Virus record (IMG/VR): IMGVR_UViG_2703718835_000005 | Strand: one strand, 5' to 3' | Source: a virus | Taxonomy: Duplodnaviria; Heunggongvirae; Uroviricota; Caudoviricetes | Length of the DNA: 3,888 nucleotides | Shown here: in pieces, positions 1-3,888 of the stretch | Position numbering within the stretch: position 1 is the first letter of the stretch | How the letters are laid out: each line of letters starts with the position of its first letter | The notes under the pieces: model-generated | Seen by the model: only the letters and a program-made list of their open reading frames with translations | Told to the model about the DNA's origin: nothing | The model's database searches: none | Program-made: the position numbers and the translations under genes

Positions 1-1032
1 TCAAAAAATTGCTATTGATGTTGGTAGTGTTGCCAGCGGATTAAACCGTAATGCAGTTTCCAGGTGATCCGGTGCCAGATGTGCGTAACGCATAGTCATT
101 TTTATGTCGTGATGTCCGAGGATTTTTTGCAAAGCAAGGATATTTCCACCCGACATCATGAAATGCGCCGCAAACGTATGGCGCAGAACGTGTGTCAGTT
201 GACCGCGAGGGAGCACGATAGACGTTTTTTCCATCACGGATAAAAATTGAAAATAGCAGTCTGTAAAGAAATTGAACCCATCAAGCGCCATGATCTCTTC
301 GTAAAGCTCTTTACTGATAGGGATGCTTCTGTTTTTCTTCCCCTTCGTTCTTACAAAGGTAATTCGGTATTTGGTCACTTGCGAGCGGGTAAGATTTATT
401 GCTTCTCGCCAGCGTGCGCCTGTGCTTAGGCATATCTTGACTACCAGTGCCAGAATTGGGTCCTGACGTTTGCAATCAGCCAGCAGTTCAACAATCTGCT
501 CATGGGTAAGCCATGCCATCTCTTTTTCTGCGATGGTGAATTTTCGCATGTTCTCCAGTGGGTTCGGATACGACCATTCACCCAGGCGGGATAGTTCGCT
601 AAAAACACTACTTAGATAGCTTTGCTCTAGGTTAATGGTGACCGGGCTTGCTCCTTTCTTCCATTTCTCGCTGAAGTAGATCTCACCTGTCAGGCGTTTA
701 TCTCGATAGTGGGCAAACATTTTAGAGGTTAGATCAGTTGCAAGGGGATTGCCCAGAGCGTCAACCATCAGCAGCAATTTGTCATAGACATGCTGCCCAG
801 CAGTCAGTGATTTACCATGTAGTTTGAACCATAGCTCAACCACGTCTTTCAGTGTTCGACGATCCACTGATTCACCTAGCCAGGGCTTTGCTTCGGTTTC
901 TTCCATCGTGTGACGCTCAAAAGCCAGTGCTTCGCCTTTGGTGGCGAATTGTTTACGCACACGACGCCCACTACGTCCGGCGGGGTAACATTCGCAAAGC
1001 CATTTTCCTGTGGTGAGTTTTCGTACAGCCAT
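1..1032 (-). CDS. int: Tyrosine-type site-specific integrase (P2/186-family phage integrase), 343 aa from the ATG at 1032-1030; stop codon at 3-1
   Basis: Seen in translation: N-terminus MAVRKLTTGKWLCECYPAGRSGRRVRKQFATKGEALAFE is typical of P2/186-type integrases; tyrosine recombinase motifs are present (LSTGARWREA, HVLRHTFA, ILGHHDIKMTMRYAHL with the catalytic Tyr). On the - strand GGAGGG (complement of 1041-1046) lies 8 nt upstream of the ATG at 1032. The ORF track extends to 1110 (MYGRS...) but that 26-aa extension has no RBS and would contain the candidate promoter/LexA box, so the shorter start is preferred. Confidence 0.9.
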   Translation of the reverse strand: MAVRKLTTGKWLCECYPAGRSGRRVRKQFATKGEALAFERHTMEETEAKPWLGESVDRRTLKDVVELWFKLHGKSLTAGQHVYDKLLLMVDALGNPLATDLTSKMFAHYRDKRLTGEIYFSEKWKKGASPVTINLEQSYLSSVFSELSRLGEWSYPNPLENMRKFTIAEKEMAWLTHEQIVELLADCKRQDPILALVVKICLSTGARWREAINLTRSQVTKYRITFVRTKGKKNRSIPISKELYEEIMALDGFNFFTDCYFQFLSVMEKTSIVLPRGQLTHVLRHTFAAHFMMSGGNILALQKILGHHDIKMTMRYAHLAPDHLETALRFNPLATLPTSIAIF

Positions 1033-1056
1033 AAAAAATGCCCTCCAATAGAGAGC

Positions 1057-1085
1057 ATTTTTACTGTATGTATAACCAGTGTCAA
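1057..1085 (-). promoter_or_regulatory. Candidate sigma70 promoter reading leftward into int: -35 TTGACA (complement of 1080-1085), 17-bp spacer, -10 AAAAAT (complement of 1057-1062)
   Basis: Seen in sequence: perfect consensus -35 hexamer; the -10 is weak but keeps the critical A at position 2 and T at position 6. The predicted start (~1050) lies just upstream of the int RBS (1041-1046). The LexA-like box fills the spacer. Function is inferred. Confidence 0.3.
1062..1081. promoter_or_regulatory. Candidate LexA (SOS) box TACTGTATGTATAACCAGTG (CTGT-N8-CCAG core)
   Basis: Seen in sequence: 16/20 identity by hand to the E. coli LexA consensus TACTGTATATATATACAGTA, with CTG and CAG triplets at the correct spacing and an AT-rich centre. 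A CCAG right half occurs in the natural uvrB box as I recall it. It is the only CTGT-N8-CAG-like element I found in the window, and it sits in the spacer of the candidate int promoter. Confidence 0.45.
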
Positions 1086-1220
1086 TGTATGAAATACTGC
1101 GACCATACATCTCACTGAAGCCATAATGAAGTAGGCTATTCTTTTTGCTATGTGATCATGTAACTTTTGCGGTTAACCTGTGGCTCATTTTTATTTTAGG
1201 CGCAGATATAAAAGCAAAAG

Positions 1221-1412
1221 TTATCGTGAGTTTTTAGTACAGATTTTTTTGGATTTACTAATAGTTCCATCATTGCAAACGAATTTGCCATCTGAGGTAC
1301 AGTGAGAAACACCTCCCTTTTTCCCTGAGCAGGGATAATTTCTAGCATAGGTAGCTAGTGGGTTTAATAACAAAGAACATGACAAAACCACAAAAAATAC
1401 CTTACCAAGCAT
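1221..1412 (-). CDS. Small secreted cysteine-rich protein (63-aa precursor; predicted signal peptide, ~40-aa basic mature peptide with 4 Cys); lysogeny-expressed moron candidate
   Basis: Seen in sequence: ATG at 1412-1410 preceded by GGGAGG (complement of 1418-1423) with a 5-nt spacer; the start is only 15 nt downstream of the cI stop, same strand. Translation [23 protein letters not shown]|[40 protein letters not shown] has a short n-region, hydrophobic core and AxA-like signal peptidase I site (TYA). Region is AT-rich (~37% GC by hand count). Function unknown. Confidence 0.6.
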   Translation of the reverse strand: MLGKVFFVVLSCSLLLNPLATYARNYPCSGKKGGVSHCTSDGKFVCNDGTISKSKKICTKNSR

Positions 1413-1427
1413 AATTTCCTCCCGGTA

Positions 1428-1997
1428 CTATTTAACATACTTGACTGTTAAACTTATAATTTTACCAATTATTTCAATGTCTTCTATCTTGCATTCGAAG
1501 GCTCTGTTTCCACCCTCGACGAAGATTCTTCCACCGGGTAAACGAGTAATGTCACGGATCGTTATTTCGCCATCAATACTTATTACCCATTTACCATCAC
1601 GTATATCATCAAATTCCTTATCACAAATAAATTCAGAATTATTATCTGTGATTACAAAAAGATTCTTGAATGTCGACGGTAGAAATTCTCTATCGAAAAT
1701 ATAAAAACCGTCTTCACACAAGGCCCCATCAGATAATACATATTTAGCAACTTCCATAGTATTTGTATTACCTGAAGTTTGCTTTGAACCATGCCCGGTT
1801 GTGAGCCAATTAAGCGAGGTGCCTGTTTCAAGGGCGCACTGGATTACCCATTCTGCTGGGAATGAGTCACGCATGTAGCGTGTGGCGAGTGTACTTTTAG
1901 AGATTCCTAAATGATCGCACAACGCCTGTCGAGTCTTGAATCCATAAGCTTCTACCATGCGCTCTATGGCGCCTCGTCCGCCTTTCTCCAAATTCAT
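1428..1997 (-). CDS. cI: Phage 186-type CI immunity repressor (N-terminal HTH domain plus C-terminal oligomerisation domain), 189 aa from ATG at 1997-1995
   Basis: Seen in translation: N-terminal HTH-like segment (AYGFKTRQALCDHLGISKSTLATRYMRD), and a C-terminal region (IRDITRLPGGRIFVEGGNRAFECKIEDIEIIG) compatible with 186 CI architecture as I recall it. GGAG (complement of 2003-2006) lies 5 nt upstream of the ATG at 1997; the GTG at 2003 used by the ORF track would overlap that RBS. Position is divergent from the apl/cII operon and upstream of int, as in phage 186. Confidence 0.8.
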   Translation of the reverse strand: MNLEKGGRGAIERMVEAYGFKTRQALCDHLGISKSTLATRYMRDSFPAEWVIQCALETGTSLNWLTTGHGSKQTSGNTNTMEVAKYVLSDGALCEDGFYIFDREFLPSTFKNLFVITDNNSEFICDKEFDDIRDGKWVISIDGEITIRDITRLPGGRIFVEGGNRAFECKIEDIEIIGKIISLTVKYVK

Positions 1998-2021
1998 GGT
2001 CACTCCAAGTGAACTTTTATC

Positions 2022-2050
2022 TTGACGATTTCACTGTGCGATCGTATGTT
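2022..2050 (+). promoter_or_regulatory. Candidate lytic promoter pR: -35 TTGACG (2022-2027), 17-bp spacer, -10 TATGTT (2045-2050), reading rightward into apl/cII
   Basis: Seen in sequence: good -35/-10 match with optimal spacing, located in the 125-bp cI-apl intergenic region with predicted start near 2057. The face-to-face pL expected from the phage 186 model could not be placed confidently. Confidence 0.45.
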
Positions 2051-2077
2051 TATGGTGTTCACAAAATACAAACGATC
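2040..2077. promoter_or_regulatory. Imperfect 38-bp palindrome (arms GATCGTATGTTT 2040-2051 and ATACAAACGATC 2066-2077, 10/12 complementary) overlapping the pR -10 and start; candidate repressor (CI and/or Apl) operator
   Basis: Seen in sequence: dyad centred at 2058/2059; each arm starts with a GATC Dam site (2040-2043 and 2074-2077). The operator role is inferred from its position over the promoter. Confidence 0.35.
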
Positions 2078-2122
2078 CGTATTCGTCCTGATTAATCATC
2101 ATTAAACGAGGAATGTTGCATC

Positions 2123-2344
2123 ATGAGACCTAACATTTCAATCACTCTTACCACGCCTCATGTGACTATTGAACGCTATAGCGAGCTGACAGGGCTATCC
2201 ATCGATACCATCAATGACATGTTAGCTGATGGACGCCTTATCCGTCACCGTCTGCGCAAAGATAAAAAACGCGAAAAAGTGATGATCAACATAGCAGCAA
2301 TGACCGTTGATGCGCTTTCAGAATGCAATCTAAACCTTAATTAG
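2123..2344 (+). CDS. apl: Apl/Cox-like small HTH protein (excisionase and switch-repressor position of phage 186 Apl), 73 aa
   Basis: Seen in sequence: first gene of the rightward operon, divergent from cI; GAGGAA (2108-2113) lies 9 nt upstream of the ATG at 2123; translation contains an HTH-like segment ([25 protein letters not shown]) and a basic tail. Identity rests on position and size; I recall 186 Apl as longer (87 aa). Confidence 0.6.
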   Translation: MRPNISITLTTPHVTIERYSELTGLSIDTINDMLADGRLIRHRLRKDKKREKVMINIAAMTVDALSECNLNLN

Positions 2345-2376
2345 TTCGATTCTGAAATACATCAGAGGCATTGACC

Positions 2377-2403
2377 ATGTTTGATTACCAAGTTTCCAAA
2401 CAT
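2377..2403 (-). promoter_or_regulatory. CII-type operator: inverted repeat ATGTTTG (2377-2383) / CAAACAT (2397-2403), half-site centres 20 bp apart; candidate CII-activated establishment promoter pE reading leftward toward cI
   Basis: Seen in sequence: perfect 7-bp inverted half-sites separated by 13 bp (two helical turns centre to centre); the left half-site is the cII start codon itself (ATG TTT G). From my recollection of phage 186, CII binds ATGTTTG half-sites spaced two turns apart at pE. No good -10 is visible leftward (weak TATTTC, complement of 2354-2359), which fits an activator-dependent promoter. Confidence 0.55.
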
Positions 2404-2886
2404 CCACATTTTGATGAAGCCTGTCGTGCATTTGCACTGCGCCACAATCTGGTGCAACTGGCAGAACGTGCAGGCATGAATGTGCAGATTCTGCGGAACA
2501 AGCTGAACCCAGCTCAGCCTCATTTATTAACCGCACCAGAAATCTGGCTGCTTACCGATCTGACTGAAGATTCAACGCTGGTAGATGGTTTTCTGGCACA
2601 GATTCATTGTCTGCCATGTGTACCGATTAATGAGGTGGCAAAAGAGAAACTGCCACATTACGTCATGAGTGCAACCGCAGAGATCGGGCGTGTTGCTGCA
2701 GGTGCGGTGTCTGGCGATGTAAAAACCTGTGCCGGTCGTCGTGATGCTATCAGCAGCATTAACTCTGTAACACGACTGATGGCGCTGGCGGCTGTTTCAT
2801 TGCAGGCCCGTTTACAGGCTAATCCTGCGATGGCGAGTGCAGTTGATACCGTGACTGGCCTCGGTGCTTCATTCGGTTTGCTGTGA
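2377..2886 (+). CDS. cII: Phage 186-type CII lysogeny-establishment transcriptional activator, 169 aa from ATG at 2377
   Basis: Seen in sequence: AGAGG (2364-2368) lies 8 nt upstream of the ATG at 2377; the ORF track's TTG at 2371 is less likely. The 169-aa length matches my recollection of 186 CII; HTH-like segment [25 protein letters not shown]; gene order apl-cII as in 186. Confidence 0.8.
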   Translation: MFDYQVSKHPHFDEACRAFALRHNLVQLAERAGMNVQILRNKLNPAQPHLLTAPEIWLLTDLTEDSTLVDGFLAQIHCLPCVPINEVAKEKLPHYVMSATAEIGRVAAGAVSGDVKTCAGRRDAISSINSVTRLMALAAVSLQARLQANPAMASAVDTVTGLGASFGLL

Positions 2887-2893
2887 GGTGCTT

Positions 2894-3094
2894 ATGCTGA
2901 CGAAAGAACCATCATTTGCATCGCTGCTGGTAAAACAAAGTCCGGCAATGCACTACGGTCACGGCTGGATCATGGGTGAGGATGGTAAACGCTGGCATCC
3001 GTGCCGTTCGCAAGATGAATTATTGGCAGAACTATCAACGAAAAAACGGGGGAACAAATGGCTATTGAAGGCGCTGCGGCGACTGTTCCATTAA
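2894..3094 (+). CDS. Small early-operon protein, 66 aa (in the position of phage 186 fil); function unknown
   Basis: Seen in sequence: ATG at 2894 is 8 nt after the cII stop (TGA 2884-2886), with GAGG (2885-2888) 5 nt upstream. Translation MLTKEPSFASLLVKQSPAMHYGHGWIMGEDGKRWHPCRSQDELLAELSTKKRGNKWLLKALRRLFH. The GTG at 2864 used by the ORF track would overlap the end of cII and has no RBS. The fil assignment is by synteny only. Confidence 0.5.
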   Translation: MLTKEPSFASLLVKQSPAMHYGHGWIMGEDGKRWHPCRSQDELLAELSTKKRGNKWLLKALRRLFH

Positions 3095-3399
3095 GCCCCG
3101 GTGAACGCCTGAATGGACTTAATCACATTGCGGAGTTAAGGGCGAAAGTATTTGGCCTGAATATTGAGTCAGAGCTGGAGCGGTTTATTAAAGATATGCG
3201 TGATCCACGGGATATCAATAATGAACAAAATAAACGGGCACTGGCTGCTATATTCTTTATGGCAAAAATTCCAGCTGAACGTCATAGCATCAGCATTAAT
3301 GAGCTGACCACTGACGAAAAGCGGGAGCTGATTAAAGCAATGAATCATTTTCGTGCAGTGGTGAGCTTATTTCCCAGACGGCTAACCATGCCGAATTAA
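3058..3399 (+). CDS. Early-operon protein, 113 aa (in the position of phage 186 dhr); function unknown
   Basis: Seen in sequence: GGGGG (3048-3052) lies 5 nt upstream of the ATG at 3058; the start overlaps the 3' end of the preceding ORF by 37 nt in a different frame; TAA stop at 3397-3399. The dhr assignment is by synteny only. Confidence 0.6.
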   Translation: MAIEGAAATVPLSPGERLNGLNHIAELRAKVFGLNIESELERFIKDMRDPRDINNEQNKRALAAIFFMAKIPAERHSISINELTTDEKRELIKAMNHFRAVVSLFPRRLTMPN

Positions 3400-3466
3400 C
3401 CAACTAATGAAATTAATGGCGTAAACCCGCCGGGCATCCCTTTATCTAAATTCAGGAGAATTGATT

Positions 3467-3700
3467 ATGCGTAATATTGAAACCCTCTCGACTAAAACCG
3501 GACCGGATGACGCAGGGCTTAATATTTTACTGACAGAGGCTCGTCTGGAAGAACGCCGGGCAAGGGCTGAAGCAATGGCAGCTCGCCTTGATAGCCTGGC
3601 GTGTCATATAACATCCCGTCAGCTAAACCACGTGGAAGCGGCAGAACTGCTGCGTGTGACTGCTGAAGCAATCCAGAACGAAGCGCAGGAGATCCACTAA
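3467..3700 (+). CDS. Hypothetical early protein, 77 aa, predicted helical and Ala/Arg/Glu-rich
   Basis: Seen in sequence: AGGAG (3454-3458) lies 8 nt upstream of the ATG at 3467 (the track's TTG at 3461 is less likely). The TAA stop (3698-3700) overlaps the next gene's ATG (TAATG), indicating translational coupling. Confidence 0.6.
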   Translation: MRNIETLSTKTGPDDAGLNILLTEARLEERRARAEAMAARLDSLACHITSRQLNHVEAAELLRVTAEAIQNEAQEIH

Positions 3701-3888
3701 TGGCTGATGCAATGGATCTCGTACAGCAGCGCGTTGAAGAAGAACGCCAGCGCCATATCCGTGCTGCCCGTGCCAAAACGCCGGGCGTGTCCCGCGTGCT
3801 TTGCGTTGAGTGTGAAGCGCCAATTCCGCCAGCACGCCGCCGTGCCATTCCGGGTGTGCAGCTTTGCATTACCTGTCGGCTTTGTTGA
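3700..3888 (+). CDS. DksA/TraR-family C4 zinc-finger protein (phage TraR-like RNA polymerase secondary-channel binding factor), 62 aa
   Basis: Seen in translation: CVECEAPIPPARRRAIPGVQLCITC is a Cys-x2-Cys-x17-Cys-x2-Cys finger with the IP..RR..P.V..C signature of the zf-dksA/traR family (compare F-plasmid TraR CEECGNPIPEARRKIFPGVTLCVEC, from memory). Acidic N-terminal helix (MADAMDLVQQRVEEERQ). ATG at 3700 overlaps the upstream stop; TGA stop at 3886-3888 is the window end. Confidence 0.8.
   Translation: MADAMDLVQQRVEEERQRHIRAARAKTPGVSRVLCVECEAPIPPARRRAIPGVQLCITCRLC

Noticed and set aside
1-30. Phage attachment site (attL/attR core) or tRNA integration target next to int
   Set aside because: The window begins at the int stop codon, so the flanking att region is not present; nothing can be called.
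247-429. 60-aa ORF on the + strand
   Set aside because: Lies entirely antisense within the integrase coding region; no RBS and a low-complexity translation; the well-supported int ORF explains this sequence.
1060-1093. + strand promoter at the LexA box that would drive SOS-induced antisense transcription across the moron and cI
   Set aside because: Only weak -35/-10 candidates on the + strand (TTTACT, TATAAC/TATGAA with wrong spacing), whereas the - strand has a perfect TTGACA; leftward orientation toward int is preferred.
876-1124. 82-aa ORF (- strand) and 60-aa ORF (910-1092, + strand) overlapping the 5' part of int
   Set aside because: Alternative-frame or antisense ORFs inside int and its upstream region, with no RBS or recognisable motifs; treated as frame-shadow artefacts.
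1171-1178. GGTTAACC palindrome, and a T-rich stretch downstream of the small ORF, as a possible terminator between the moron and int
   Set aside because: No GC-rich stem-loop followed by a U-run on the - strand; the palindrome is too short with no loop.
1441-1704. 87-aa ORF on the + strand
   Set aside because: Antisense to the C-terminal half of cI in an AT-rich stretch; Ile/Leu/Ser-rich low-complexity translation with no RBS.
2330-2536. 68-aa ORF on the - strand
   Set aside because: Antisense to the start of cII; no RBS; the region is explained by cII and the CII operator.
2864-2893. GTG start at 2864 for the fil-position ORF (76-aa version)
   Set aside because: Would overlap the last codons of cII without an RBS; the ATG at 2894 with an upstream GAGG is more plausible.
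3426-3445. CCCGCCGGG followed by CATCCCTTTATCT as a possible terminator after the dhr-position ORF
   Set aside because: The potential stem is 3-4 bp with a 1-nt loop and the T-run is interrupted; not a convincing intrinsic terminator.
3519-3869. 116-aa and 70-aa (3623-3835) ORFs on the - strand
   Set aside because: Antisense to the two well-supported + strand genes in a GC-rich block; Arg/Ala/Gly/Pro-rich translations typical of spurious ORFs; only AGG 2 nt before the ATG, so no usable RBS.

Overview
This window is the lysogeny/immunity switch region of a P2/186-family temperate prophage, and the gene order, sizes and control sites are consistent with the coliphage 186 switch rather than a P2 C/cox switch. 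Leftward genes (- strand) are cI (1428-1997), a small secreted cysteine-rich ORF (1221-1412) and a tyrosine integrase (1-1032). Rightward genes (+ strand) form an early operon: an apl/cox-like HTH gene, cII, two small overlapping ORFs in the positions of 186 fil and dhr, an unknown ORF, and a TraR/DksA-type zinc-finger protein. The window starts exactly at the int stop codon, so the att site and host junction are not visible. No tRNA, rRNA, CRISPR array or IS element is supported. The most interesting points are: (1) a secreted cysteine-rich 'moron' inserted between cI and int with a very strong RBS; (2) a sharp compositional break inside cI, suggesting a hybrid repressor; (3) a near-consensus LexA box inside a candidate promoter just upstream of int; (4) a CII-type inverted repeat overlapping the cII start codon; (5) a candidate pR with a palindromic operator carrying two GATC sites. 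All family assignments rest on reading the translations and on recalled knowledge of phage 186; no database search was possible.
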